Assembly (NCBI GenBank): GCA_050952625.1
Contig: JBMNLH010000001.1
Location: forward strand, 768,001 to 832,000
DNA: 64,000 bases
Direction of reading: 5' to 3'
Source of the DNA: Bacillota bacterium
GTDB lineage: Bacteria; Bacillota; Ch66; Ch109
Positions 1 to 10,300 of this stretch are shown one piece after another. Both the position numbers and the translations under genes were made by a program. Positions within the stretch are counted from its first letter, which is position 1; each line of letters begins with the position of its first letter. The notes beneath the pieces are model-generated. The model was not told the origin of the DNA, did no database searches, and saw only the letters and a program-made list of their open reading frames with translations.

Positions 1-165
<165 letters not shown>

Positions 166-210
166 TTAATTTCCCATACGATAAATACTTGAGGGAGGGT
201 CTTGTGTAAA

Positions 211-1419
211 ATGAGTTTTAACGTATTGGTTGTCAACTGTGGCAGTTCATCAATTAAGTATCAGGTCATTGATATGGATTCTAAGCAGGAAATGGCTAGC
301 GGTCTAGTAGACCGCGTCGGTATTCCCGGAACAGTGCTTACCCATAAGCCTGAAGGCAAGGATAAAGCAGTTATTGAAAGAGATTTACCGGATCATACTG
401 CCGGTATGCAATTAGTGCTGGAAACTTTGGTTCATCCGGAATATGGGGTAGTCAAAGATTTAGCAGAAATCAAAGCAGTCGGTCACCGCGTCGTGCATGG
501 AGGAGAGAACTTTGCTGAGTCAGTTTTGATTACTGACGATGTTAAAAAAGTGATTCGTGATTGTTTTGATATTGCACCTTTGCATAATCCACCTAACCTT
601 ATGGGGATTGAGGCTTGTCAGACACTCATGCCAAACGTACCTCATGTTGCCGTTTTTGATACCGCTTTCCATCAAACTATGCCCCCGGAAAACTTTATGT
701 ATGCTCTGCCCTTTGAGTTATACGAAAATTATAAAGTTCGCCGTTATGGTTTTCATGGCACTTCTCATTACTATGTCACCCACCGAGCCGCCGCCCTTTT
801 GGGAAAACCGGTTGAGCAAACTAAAATTATTACCCTGCATCTCGGCAATGGTGCCAGCGTAGCTGCCGTGGATGGCGGCAAGGTTATTGATACCTCGATG
901 GGCTTTACACCATTGGAGGGTCTGGTCATGGGCACTCGCAGCGGGGACATCGATCCGGCAATCGTTTTCTTCATTATGGAGAAACTTAACATGGGACCCG
1001 CTGAAATTAATAATTACCTAAACAAGAAGGCCGGGGCCTTAGGCCTTTCCGGGGTCAGTAATGATTTCCGGGATATCGGGGATGCCGCTGATGCTGGTAA
1101 TAAGCGAGCTCAGTTAACTCTGCAAGTTTACGTCAACCGGGTTAAGAATTATATCGGTGGCTACATGGCGAAGTTAAACGGCTGTGATGCCATTGTCTTT
1201 ACCGCTGGTTTGGGCGAAAATGGCATTCCGATCCGGCAAATGATCTGTGACAATATGGACTTCTTGGGAATTAAGATGGATGCTGAAAAGAATAAGGTCC
1301 GGGGTAAAGAGATTGATGTAGCAACTGAAGACTCCAAGATTCGGATTTTCGTTATCCCAACCAACGAAGAATTAGTTATTGCTACGGATACCTATAATAT
1401 TGCGATGAAACAGAAGTAA
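211..1419 (+). CDS. ackA: Acetate kinase
   Basis: VVNCGSSSIKY, GHRVVHGG, APLHNP, HLGNGAS, PTNEEL motifs; start may be TTG 202 or ATG 211. Confidence 0.97.
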   Translation: MSFNVLVVNCGSSSIKYQVIDMDSKQEMASGLVDRVGIPGTVLTHKPEGKDKAVIERDLPDHTAGMQLVLETLVHPEYGVVKDLAEIKAVGHRVVHGGENFAESVLITDDVKKVIRDCFDIAPLHNPPNLMGIEACQTLMPNVPHVAVFDTAFHQTMPPENFMYALPFELYENYKVRRYGFHGTSHYYVTHRAAALLGKPVEQTKIITLHLGNGASVAAVDGGKVIDTSMGFTPLEGLVMGTRSGDIDPAIVFFIMEKLNMGPAEINNYLNKKAGALGLSGVSNDFRDIGDAADAGNKRAQLTLQVYVNRVKNYIGGYMAKLNGCDAIVFTAGLGENGIPIRQMICDNMDFLGIKMDAEKNKVRGKEIDVATEDSKIRIFVIPTNEELVIATDTYNIAMKQK

Positions 1420-1491
1420 ACAAAGGTCACCGCTTAATCCTGGATTTTGGATAAACGATTTGGCCCATTGGGGATATTTAATCCGATTCCA

Positions 1492-1600
1492 AAGACCCCC
1501 ACTTCTATATTAAGTGGGGGTTAATTTTTTGAACTTTTTCAGGTGAAGTAGAGTCTCCATCAAGAAGTCTCGATATTCAGTGAAGACGAACGAGTTCACT
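1492..1600 (+). repeat. Small palindromic dispersed repeat (MITE/REP-like), degenerate copy 1; its first hairpin probably also terminates ackA
   Basis: Hairpin ACCCCCACTT/AAGTGGGGGT (1495-1521) then a T run; 1538-1600 aligns with 3930-3992. Confidence 0.65.
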
Positions 1601-1610
1601 GGTCCTATTC

Positions 1611-1640
1611 TTGACAAGTGGTATAATGCCTCGGTATAAT
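1611..1640 (+). promoter_or_regulatory. SigA-type promoter for DUF177-rpmF
   Basis: TTGACA-N18-TATAAT. Confidence 0.75.
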
Positions 1641-1668
1641 TAACCGTGGTAAAAGGCAGGTGATTCCT

Positions 1669-2208
1669 GTGCTGGTTAACTTGGCGGAAATTAGAAAAAA
1701 TTTTGGCTTGACTAGGAACTATCATTTTGAAGAACAGTTTCCGCCATTATCATTAATGGGTGAGGAGATAACGTTTTCCACCCCGGTCCTGGCGGACGTT
1801 ACCGTGCACAACACTGGCATGGTTTTGCAAATGAAGGGGTCAATAAGGACCCGGGCTCTTCTGGCTTGCGGCCGGTGTCTTAAGTTAGTGGATTATCCGA
1901 TTCAAATAGAATTTGAGATCCCCTATGTTCACCAGGATGATCTTAATGAGATTGGGATTCAGGTTGAGCCGGGTGAAGATCCTGACAACTATGAAATATT
2001 TGGGGAACAGCCAATTAACCTGCGGGATATTATTACGGAAAACATTATCATGGCTATTCCGATGAGTTTTCTCTGTCACCCAGATTGTCGCGGTTTGTGT
2101 GTTCAGTGTGGTCAGGACCTGAATCAAGCAGAGTGCGACTGTCAACCAGAGCAGATTGATCCTCGACTAGCGGTGCTGCAAGAATTATTAAAATTCAAGC
2201 AAGAATAG
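1669..2208 (+). CDS. yceD: DUF177/YceD family protein
   Basis: CGRCL, LCHPDCRGLC..CG.DLN..CDC and IDPRLA motifs; upstream of rpmF; start could be 1660. Confidence 0.9.
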   Translation: MLVNLAEIRKNFGLTRNYHFEEQFPPLSLMGEEITFSTPVLADVTVHNTGMVLQMKGSIRTRALLACGRCLKLVDYPIQIEFEIPYVHQDDLNEIGIQVEPGEDPDNYEIFGEQPINLRDIITENIIMAIPMSFLCHPDCRGLCVQCGQDLNQAECDCQPEQIDPRLAVLQELLKFKQE

Positions 2209-2241
2209 TAATCAAGGTCTTCGTTGAAGGGGGTGCAAAGG

Positions 2242-2418
2242 ATGGGAGTTCCAGCCAGGAGAAGGTCTAAAACCAGGACCAACCGGAGAAGGGCAATGCA
2301 AAAAATCAGCGCCCCCGGATTGAATGAGTGTCCACAGTGCCATGAGTTAAAGTTGCCACATCGGATTTGTCCCAAGTGTGGCTACTATCAGGGTCGAGAA
2401 GTCCAGAGTCAGGCATAA
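2242..2418 (+). CDS. rpmF: 50S ribosomal protein L32
   Basis: MGVPARRRSKTR...CPQC...PHRICPKCGYY zinc-ribbon form. Confidence 0.96.
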   Translation: MGVPARRRSKTRTNRRRAMQKISAPGLNECPQCHELKLPHRICPKCGYYQGREVQSQA

Positions 2419-2438
2419 AGTCGGTTAATTAATGGTAC

Positions 2439-2467
2439 AAAGTGCTGCCCTAACAAGCAGCACTTTT
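2439..2467 (+). terminator. Intrinsic terminator after rpmF
   Basis: AAAGTGCTGC/GCAGCACTTT inverted repeat. Confidence 0.65.
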
Positions 2468-2506
2468 CCATATCAGGATTATGGGATTGGAGGGCTGGTA
2501 TAAAGA

Positions 2507-3520
2507 ATGAGGGTGGCTTTAGATGCCATGGGAGGGGATTTTGCTCCCCGGGAACTAGTCGCTGGCGCGGTAGAGGCAATTAATAATCTGGAACTGAGGA
2601 TTCTGCTGGTCGGTCAAGAAGAGCTATTGCAGGAAGAGATTTCCTTTTTAGTCGAACAAAAAAGAATTGAACGTAGCCTGCTTGAGAAAAGATTGACAAT
2701 AATTCCAGCCAGCCAGGTAATAGGAATGGATGAGGAGCCGGTGATGGCTCTAAGAAAGAAGAAAGATGCCTCAATTGTCGTCGCTACTCGGCTGGTGAAG
2801 GATGGTCTGGCCGAGGCAGTGGTTTCAGCCGGGAGTACTGGGGCTCAAATGGCGGCGGCACTATTGATTTTGGGAAGGATGGCTGGTGTCGAACGACCGG
2901 CGATTGTGACCGTTTTACCAGGGAAAAATGGCCCCAAGTTACTGCTGGATGCTGGGGCTAACGTGGATTGCCGGCCTAAACACCTTGAACAGTTCAGCTT
3001 GATGGGCAGTATATATGCATCTACGGTTCTTGGTCTGAAAAATCCGGGAGTAGGCCTGCTGAATATTGGCGAAGAGGAAGGTAAGGGGAATGAATTAACT
3101 AAGCAGACCTATCAGTTGCTTAAAGAGGCTCCGGTCCGCTTTATCGGTAATATTGAAGGTCGGGAACTGCTCACCGGTGAAGCGGATATTATTGTCTGTG
3201 ATGGATTTATTGGTAATGTGGTCCTCAAGCTAACCGAAGGATTAGCTAAGACCCTGTTCGAAATGATTAAGGAAGAATTAAGCCGTAATGCTCGGGCACG
3301 GGCTGGGGCGGCGTTAATCCTCCCCGGGTTAAAGAATTTGAAACAGCGGCTTGATTATGCTGAATATGGGGGAGCACCACTGCTGGGGGTTAAGGGTATC
3401 AGTATTATTTGTCATGGCAGTTCTCAGGCCAGGGCGATTTATAATGCGATTCGGGTGGCGAAAGAGAGTATTGAAAACAGACTAGTTGACCAATTGTCAA
3501 GTGTCCTAGTCGACAAATAG
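2507..3520 (+). CDS. plsX: Phosphate acyltransferase PlsX
   Basis: DAMGGDFAP, LLDAGAN, GLLNIGEEEGKG, YGGAPLLG, CHGSS motifs. Confidence 0.96.
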   Translation: MRVALDAMGGDFAPRELVAGAVEAINNLELRILLVGQEELLQEEISFLVEQKRIERSLLEKRLTIIPASQVIGMDEEPVMALRKKKDASIVVATRLVKDGLAEAVVSAGSTGAQMAAALLILGRMAGVERPAIVTVLPGKNGPKLLLDAGANVDCRPKHLEQFSLMGSIYASTVLGLKNPGVGLLNIGEEEGKGNELTKQTYQLLKEAPVRFIGNIEGRELLTGEADIIVCDGFIGNVVLKLTEGLAKTLFEMIKEELSRNARARAGAALILPGLKNLKQRLDYAEYGGAPLLGVKGISIICHGSSQARAIYNAIRVAKESIENRLVDQLSSVLVDK

Positions 3521-3596
3521 TCTGGCATTATAACAATGAAAGCTGATGCAGTCGTATTATCAAACTAATTAGATCCTGAGGGGAGGAATTTATCAA

Positions 3597-3836
3597 ATGG
3601 AAAATATTTTGGAAAAGGTTAAAGTCATCATGGCGGAGCATCTTAATATTGATCCTCAAACAATTACTCTGGACACCACCTTTCAGGAATTAGAAGCTGA
3701 TTCGCTGGATGTGGTGGAAATGGTCATGACCCTTGAAGATGAATTTGATATTGAGATTCCGGATGAGCAGATAGAAAATATCAAGGACAAGGATGTCAGA
3801 CAAATCGTAGACTACATTTATGGGGTACTGAAATAG
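3597..3836 (+). CDS. acpP: Acyl carrier protein
   Basis: ADSLDVVEMVM phosphopantetheine site; acidic 79 aa; strong SD. Confidence 0.95.
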   Translation: MENILEKVKVIMAEHLNIDPQTITLDTTFQELEADSLDVVEMVMTLEDEFDIEIPDEQIENIKDKDVRQIVDYIYGVLK

Positions 3837-3904
3837 ACGATACTGGGGAATGAAAGGGGTCCCCGTGATTGTCTGCGGGGCTCTATTTATTCAATTCAGC
3901 TGCT

Positions 3905-3992
3905 ATGAGTGGGGGTTGCCTCGTTTAACTTCGGATGGAGTAGAGTCTCCATCTGAAGCCTTGATGTTCAGCGAAGCTGAACGGAGTTCACT
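3905..3992 (+). repeat. Small palindromic dispersed repeat, copy 2
   Basis: Hairpins CTTCGGATGGAG/CTCCATCTGAAG and TTCAGC-GAA-GCTGAA, ending GAGTTCACT; homologous to 1512-1600. Confidence 0.65.
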
Positions 3993-4013
3993 TAGTTTGG
4001 AGTGTGGGCAATT

Positions 4014-4751
4014 ATGGACAAAAACCGTCTCGCTGAATTAAAAAAAATGTCCGAAACCTGGCAGTTGCCAGAGATCAATCTAGAATTACTAAATCGAGCC
4101 TTAATCCACCCTTCTTATGCTTTTGAAAATCAAGGACGGACAATTGAGCACAATCAACGGTTGGAGTTTTTGGGCGATGCCGTACTTGGGTTAATTGCCG
4201 CTGAATACCTTTATCAATCTTTCCCTGATCTTTCAGAAGGAGATTTAACTAAAATACGGGCTTCCGCAGTTTGCGAATCAACTCTGGCCGCCGTCGCCCG
4301 GTTGATCGGCTTAGGGGATTATCTTTGTTTGGGGAAAGGCGAGGAGCTAAGCGGCGGTCGAGAACGGCCCTCAATCCTGGCCGATGCCCTGGAAGCAGTA
4401 ATTGGTGCTATTTATCTATCCGGGGGCTTTGAGCCAGTTCGTTCTTTTATCTTACGCTATTTAAAGGATAGTTTGAGTCAACCCCCTGGAGGCCATCTAG
4501 GTGACTATAAGACCACTCTCCAGGAAACGGTCCAACAGCGGGGCAGTGAAAGTGTATCGTATAAAATAATGCAAGAATTTGGTCCGGACCATAATAAGCG
4601 GTTCATCGCCGGAGTTTTTTATCGTGGCCGGTTGCTCGGGCAGGGTGAAGGCCGGACCAAAAAAGAAGCTGAACAGCAAGCAGCCCGGATCGCTCTGGAA
4701 AAAACCCAATGGAATTTGATTTTTCAACGGGCAGGGGAAGCAAATGACTAA
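4014..4751 (+). CDS. rnc: Ribonuclease III
   Basis: NQRLEFLGDAVL signature, ADALEAVIGA, C-terminal dsRBD (GRTKKEAEQQAA). Confidence 0.97.
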   Translation: MDKNRLAELKKMSETWQLPEINLELLNRALIHPSYAFENQGRTIEHNQRLEFLGDAVLGLIAAEYLYQSFPDLSEGDLTKIRASAVCESTLAAVARLIGLGDYLCLGKGEELSGGRERPSILADALEAVIGAIYLSGGFEPVRSFILRYLKDSLSQPPGGHLGDYKTTLQETVQQRGSESVSYKIMQEFGPDHNKRFIAGVFYRGRLLGQGEGRTKKEAEQQAARIALEKTQWNLIFQRAGEAND

Positions 4752-5862
4752 GCAGTGGAGTATTATTCCTTTTTTTATTCCCCATCAGGGTTGTCCGCAT
4801 GCCTGTGTTTTTTGCAATCAACGTAAGATCAGTGGCCAAGAATTAAAACCAACCGGGGTTGAGGTGGCCTCCCGAATTAGGGAGTATCTCCGCACTATTC
4901 CCTCTAACCGTCGGGTAGAGGTCGCTTTTTATGGCGGAAGTTTTACCGGGGTGTCGCCTGAACTCCAGGAGGAACTGTTATGGCCGGCTTTTCAAGCTTA
5001 TCAACAAGGTTGGATTGATGGAATTAGGGTATCCACCCGGCCAGACCTGATCGACCAGTTGGTAGTAAGACGGTTAATCAACCGCGGCGTAAAGACAATC
5101 GAACTAGGGGTGCAGTCGCTTGACCCGGAAGTTCTCCGGGCATCGAGGCGAGGTCATGGAGTTAACGAGGTAGCCCAAGCAGTCGAGATTATTCGCGAGG
5201 CTGGCTTAAATCTAGGTTTACAAATGATGATTGGCTTACCTAGAGATAACCGAGAGCGGACACTAGCGACTGGTCAGGCCTTAACAAAGCTGGGTCCGGA
5301 TTTTGTACGGATTTATCCAACGGTGGTAATTCGAGATACCTATTTGCATAAGATGTTGCAGCACGGAGATTATCGCCCTTTAACTTTAACCGAGGCGGTT
5401 GACTGGGCTACTTCTTTGTACTTGCAATTTGCGAGACACGAAATCCCGGTTATTCGAATCGGGTTACAGCCGACAGAAAATCTGCTGACCGCGGGTGACC
5501 TAGTCGCCGGCCCTTTTCATCCGGCGTTTGGGGAGTTAGTCGAGGCGGCGGCAGCGCAAAAACAGTTAACGACCTTATTAAACATGTGGACTGATTCAGA
5601 AAGATTAGAGTTTAGACCAATCAACAATCCCCCAATTTCCGGTCCTCCTAAACTAACCTTATTTCTCAATCCCCGCTACTGGTCACGAATTGTCGGTCAG
5701 AAACGAAGTAATCTAATCTACCTTGAAAGGAATTGGCAGATATCCTTAAAATTACAAAGCGACGGCCTTCTTCCTTTGCGTGATCTTAGGCTAAAGTCAG
5801 AACCGGAAAAACGAGAATATTATTTATCGTGGGAGGGATTTTTAACCAATTGTCGAATATAA
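4744..5862 (+). CDS. Elp3-like radical SAM protein
   Basis: CPHACVFC CxxxCxxC motif, AFYGGSFT, STRPD, IELGVQS; commonly follows rnc in Clostridia. Confidence 0.85.
   Translation: MTKQWSIIPFFIPHQGCPHACVFCNQRKISGQELKPTGVEVASRIREYLRTIPSNRRVEVAFYGGSFTGVSPELQEELLWPAFQAYQQGWIDGIRVSTRPDLIDQLVVRRLINRGVKTIELGVQSLDPEVLRASRRGHGVNEVAQAVEIIREAGLNLGLQMMIGLPRDNRERTLATGQALTKLGPDFVRIYPTVVIRDTYLHKMLQHGDYRPLTLTEAVDWATSLYLQFARHEIPVIRIGLQPTENLLTAGDLVAGPFHPAFGELVEAAAAQKQLTTLLNMWTDSERLEFRPINNPPISGPPKLTLFLNPRYWSRIVGQKRSNLIYLERNWQISLKLQSDGLLPLRDLRLKSEPEKREYYLSWEGFLTNCRI
5832..5858 (+). promoter_or_regulatory. SigH-type promoter for spoVS with overlapping Spo0A-box-like TGTCGAA
   Basis: GGAGGGATT-N11-GTCGAAT; spoVS is SigH-dependent in B. 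subtilis. Confidence 0.6.
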
Positions 5863-5935
5863 TTTGGTAATGAACTACTTAATGTTTTAGTAATTCACTT
5901 CTAAACCTATTTTATATTTTAAGGAGGACGGACCA

Positions 5936-6196
5936 ATGGAAGTACTAAAGGTATCAGCTCATTCAAACCCCAAGTCGGTAGCGGGGGCTCTAACCGCTGT
6001 ATTGCGTGAAAAAGGAAGGGCTGAAGTTCAGGCAGTCGGAGCCGGTGCGGTTAACCAGGCGATTAAAGCGATTGCAATTACTCGAGGGTTTGTCGCCCCT
6101 AATGGTATGGATTTGGTCGCAGTACCGGCGTTTGTGGAAATCAATATTGAAGGGGAAGACAGGACAGCAATCAAATTTATTATTGAGCCCAGGTAA
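5936..6196 (+). CDS. spoVS: Stage V sporulation protein S
   Basis: MEVLKVSA.SNP.SVAGA...GAGAVNQA.KAIAI.RGF; 86 aa. Confidence 0.97.
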   Translation: MEVLKVSAHSNPKSVAGALTAVLREKGRAEVQAVGAGAVNQAIKAIAITRGFVAPNGMDLVAVPAFVEINIEGEDRTAIKFIIEPR

Positions 6197-6251
6197 TAGA
6201 TGATTATGTTAGATCAGAATAAGAATTTATCACCTGAGGACGGATGCTTAT

Positions 6252-6274
6252 ACTGCTAAAAGCAGTTTTTTTTT
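6252..6274 (+). terminator. Intrinsic terminator after spoVS
   Basis: ACTGCT-AAA-AGCAGT followed by a long T run. Confidence 0.6.
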
Positions 6275-6329
6275 GTGCTTTTGGTATAATAAGAAAATAG
6301 TTCTATTTACTCCTTGGGGGGATTTTGGG

Positions 6330-7295
6330 TTGAAAAAAGAATTGCTTTTAATTTTGAGTCGCTCCTCAGAATTTGTTTCCGGTGAGCAGTTAAGCCAGAT
6401 AATGGGGGTTTCCCGCACCGCAGTTTGGAAGCAGATTCAAAGTTTGCGCGAGCAGGGCTATCGGATTGAGGCCCAGCCCCGGCTTGGTTATCGTCTGTTA
6501 AGCCGGCCGGATCGTCTATTGCCGGAAGAAGTTACCTTTGGCTTGAGAACTAAGTACCTGGGACAGGCAGTTATCTATTATGACGAAATCGAGTCAACGA
6601 ATGATGCCGCTCGACGCTTGGCTCAACAGGGGGCTCAAGAAGGAACTTTAGTGGTGGCGGAAAGGCAAACCCAAGGGAAAGGTCGGCTGGGGCGGCTTTG
6701 GGTAACCCCGCGGGGTGAAGCTCTGTCTTTTTCTTTCATCCTCCGTCCCCAACTCCTGCCTCAAGAAGCACCCCGCGCCACTTTAGTTTCGGCCGTCGCG
6801 GTTGCTCAAGCTTTGCGGGCCCTTACCGGGCTGGAGGTTAAGATTAAATGGCCAAATGATCTGCTCATTGAAGGCAAGAAGATAGTCGGCATTTTGACCG
6901 AGATGAATTCGGAAATAGATCGGATTAACTACTTGGTGGTTGGAATCGGCATTAATGTCAACATGGATCCAGACATCTTTCCGCCAGATTTTAGGGATAG
7001 AGCTACCTCGCTCCGGGCTCAATTACAGCAGCCGGTTTCTCGCTTGGCAGTCCTGCAGCGATCTTTGGAAGAATTAGAGAGGTGTTATGAATCCTGGAAG
7101 ACGGGAGAGTTTAGCGAACTCTTACGGGAATGGAGAGAGCTTTCAGACACCCTGGGGAAAACAGTTCGGGTAAATGACCTGGAGCGGGTAATTGAGGGCT
7201 TGGCGGAAGATATAGAGGAAGACGGCAGTCTTCGTTTGAGGCTAAGTGATGGGACGATTTATCGGGTTATTGTGGGCGATGTTTTGTTTGGGTAA
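6330..7295 (+). CDS. birA: Bifunctional biotin ligase/repressor
   Basis: N-terminal HTH (SGEQLS..VSRTAVWK), QTQGKGRLGR, IKWPND, KKIVGIL; TTG start after G-rich SD. Confidence 0.95.
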   Translation: MKKELLLILSRSSEFVSGEQLSQIMGVSRTAVWKQIQSLREQGYRIEAQPRLGYRLLSRPDRLLPEEVTFGLRTKYLGQAVIYYDEIESTNDAARRLAQQGAQEGTLVVAERQTQGKGRLGRLWVTPRGEALSFSFILRPQLLPQEAPRATLVSAVAVAQALRALTGLEVKIKWPNDLLIEGKKIVGILTEMNSEIDRINYLVVGIGINVNMDPDIFPPDFRDRATSLRAQLQQPVSRLAVLQRSLEELERCYESWKTGEFSELLREWRELSDTLGKTVRVNDLERVIEGLAEDIEEDGSLRLRLSDGTIYRVIVGDVLFG

Positions 7296-7340
7296 TCCCT
7301 CACTTATGTGGGAGTCTTTTGATTCAGATAAAGGAGTGCC

Positions 7341-10300
7341 ATGTTTTTAAAGAGATTAGAAATTCAGGGTTTTAAGACATTTGCTGACCGGTTGGACGTT
7401 GAGCCGGTCGGCCAGATTACCGCTATTGTCGGGCCTAATGGTTGTGGCAAGAGCAATATCGTAGATGGGATTCGTTGGGTCCTGGGCGAACCTAATGCCC
7501 GGACCCTCAGAGGCACCCGAATGGAGGATATTATATTTGCTGGTAGTGATCGAAGAAAGCCGGTGGGTATGGCTGAGGTATCCATAACCCTGGATAATTC
7601 CCTAAAGATACTGCCCATCGACTATAATGAAGTGCGGATAACGCGGCGGGTTTACCGTTCGGGAGAAAGCGAGTTCCTGATCAATCGGGCCCCCTGTCGG
7701 CTGCGCGATATTCAAAACCTGCTCCAAGATACGGGTATCGGTTATGAGTCTTTTTCGATAATTGGTCAGGGAAAGGTAGATGCCATCCTTAGTTCGCGCC
7801 CTGAGGAAAGACGGCGGCTGGTCGAAGAGGTAGCGGGCATTACTCGACACCTGACCCGAAAGCAAGATTCGTTAAGAAAACTTGAGGAGACCAAGAATGC
7901 TTTAATCCGTTTAGAGGACGTTCTGGAGGAATTGGGCGAGCAGTTGGGGCCTCTGGAAGAACAAGCTGTTCGGGCGAAAAGTTACCGTAAGCTGCAGGCG
8001 GAGTTGGCCGCTCTTGAAACTAAGCTCTGGCTGCGCGAATGGTATCAGCTGGAAGGGCGACACCAAAAAAACCGCCTAATCTGGGAAGATATTAAACAAA
8101 AGTGTGAGGATCAGGAACGCGAACTGCAACTGGCAACTGAACAATTAGCCTTACAGCGGTTGGTTTGGCAGGAAGCCCGAGAGGAATTAGAAAAGGAAAC
8201 AGAAGCGTTACACGAGGCACAGCAGGCTGCGGAACGCGCTAAGCTGACCGGTCAGATGTTGCGTCAAAAATATGAGGCCTATCAGGAACAAGAGGCAGAA
8301 GCAAAGCGGCAAACTTTGGAATGCCGGGGTGTGCTGGATAAGTTGCTGGATGAAAGAGTTCAAGCAGAAAAGAGAAGACAGCAACTGCAAACCAGATTAG
8401 CCGAACAGCAAGAGAAACTGGAGCAATTAACCGGTCAGGAAGCTAACCTAAGTAAAAGCTGTTCCACAAAAAGCCAAGAGATTGAGCAGATAAAAAGTGA
8501 TTTAATTGAAAATTTGAAGCTAGCAGCGGAAAAACGCAATGTCATAACTCGGCTAAGAATCCAGGAAGACAATAGAGAACGGCGGGCGGTCCAAATCAGG
8601 CAAGAGAAGCAAGCCCGTTTAACCCGAAGAGAAGAGCTGAGGAAACAGATTTGGGGAATTGAGCAAACAATGGCTGAGCAAGCCAATCGGTTACTTCAAA
8701 TCAAGCAATTAAAGGATGAGCTCCTCAACCGAGATCAATGGTTAAGTCAGAAGCTGATTAAGTGGACTGAGGAAAACAGGCGTCGAGAAGACCGTTCCCG
8801 ATTCATTGAATCTAGATTGCAAGTGCTGCGGGAAATGGAACAAACTTATGAAGGGTATTCCCAGGCGGTACGAGAGATTATGCGGTGTCGTCAAACCGAG
8901 AGCTTTGGGGCTGGGATTCGTGGAGTAGTAGCCGAACTAATTGAGTTTCCAACCCAGTATGAAAAGGCGATCGAAGTAGCCCTAGGTGGAGCGGTCCAAA
9001 ATGTGGTGACTGATACGGAGCGGATTGCCCGAGAGGCAATCCATTTTCTTAAAACCGGTAAACATGGCCGCGTCACCTTTCTCCCGCTTGATACTATTAG
9101 ACCATTGTCGTTGGAGGATAGTCGAGCAATTCAATCCGGCATGGGAATCTTGGGCAGGGCGGTTGACCTGATTAAATATAATCCGATTTATCGGCCGGTG
9201 ATGGAATTTCTGCTTGGTCGGGTTTGGGTAGCCGAAAGTATGGAAGCGGCTGCGAACTGGGCCAGACAGCAAGGGTTTACCAGACGTGTGGTTACCCTGG
9301 ACGGTGAAGTCTTTAACCCCGGGGGTTCATTAACCGGTGGCAGCCTGCCAGATAAAAAAAGACATATTTTCGGACGGCGTCGAGAAATAAAAGAGTTAGA
9401 AGCTGCTTCAATTCGGGAACAGGAGATTTTACAGTTACAGCAAAAAGAAATGGAAGACCTGAAGCAAAAAATTCAGGATTTAAAAAAGAGTAGGGCTGAC
9501 TTAGAACAGGAACAATACCAATTGGAACTGGTGCGAATATCCGGCCAAAAAGATTTAGTCCATCTCAAACAAGAATTGGATAAGTTATTAGAACGTTTAA
9601 CCATAATTGACTACGAAGAAAAAGATTTGACCGAGCAGGGCAGTGGTTTGCATCAGGAAATCCAACTGCTTGAACAGGAATTATCTTCTTTAACCCAGAG
9701 AGAAACGGTAACCCGGGAGGAGCTGGAAATAATTCAGTTGACCTGGGAGGAAGAGCGGCGACAGTTAAAAACTATAGAGAATAATATTTCCAACCTACGA
9801 GAAGCCCGCGCCGCCGGAAAACAACGCTTGTTGGGACTAGAGGATAATCTGAGCCGTCTGGAACGAGAGGAAGACAGACTAAAGCAGAAACTGGCTGCTT
9901 ATCAGCAGCGAATCCAAGAAACAACTGCTCAATTGGGGAAGCTTAGAGATGGGCTAGCCGTGGAAGCCAGTCAGTTAAACGCGGCTGAGGATAGGGCGAA
10001 TATTTACCAAGCCAAGGTAATTTCGATTCGGAATCACTTCCTGGTCCAACAGAATAACGTCCAACACCTTGAACAAAGCTGTCAGCAAAAACGCTTGGAG
10101 TTAAACCAGCTCCTTAATCAAAAACATAGTTTGGAAGTTCAGATAACTAAACTGGAAGCCGAAGGGCAGGGATGGCTTGAGCGATTATGGGAGGTTTACC
10201 AAATATCGCGGGATCAAGCTCAATACTTGATTAATGAAGAAGCGACAAAAATAACTGCCTTTAATTCCAGGGAGGCTAGGCACCGGATAAAAGAACTGCA

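Noticed and set aside
3850-4041. 63-aa ORF between acpP and rnc
   Set aside because: Runs through a terminator-like hairpin and the palindromic repeat; no recognisable protein features
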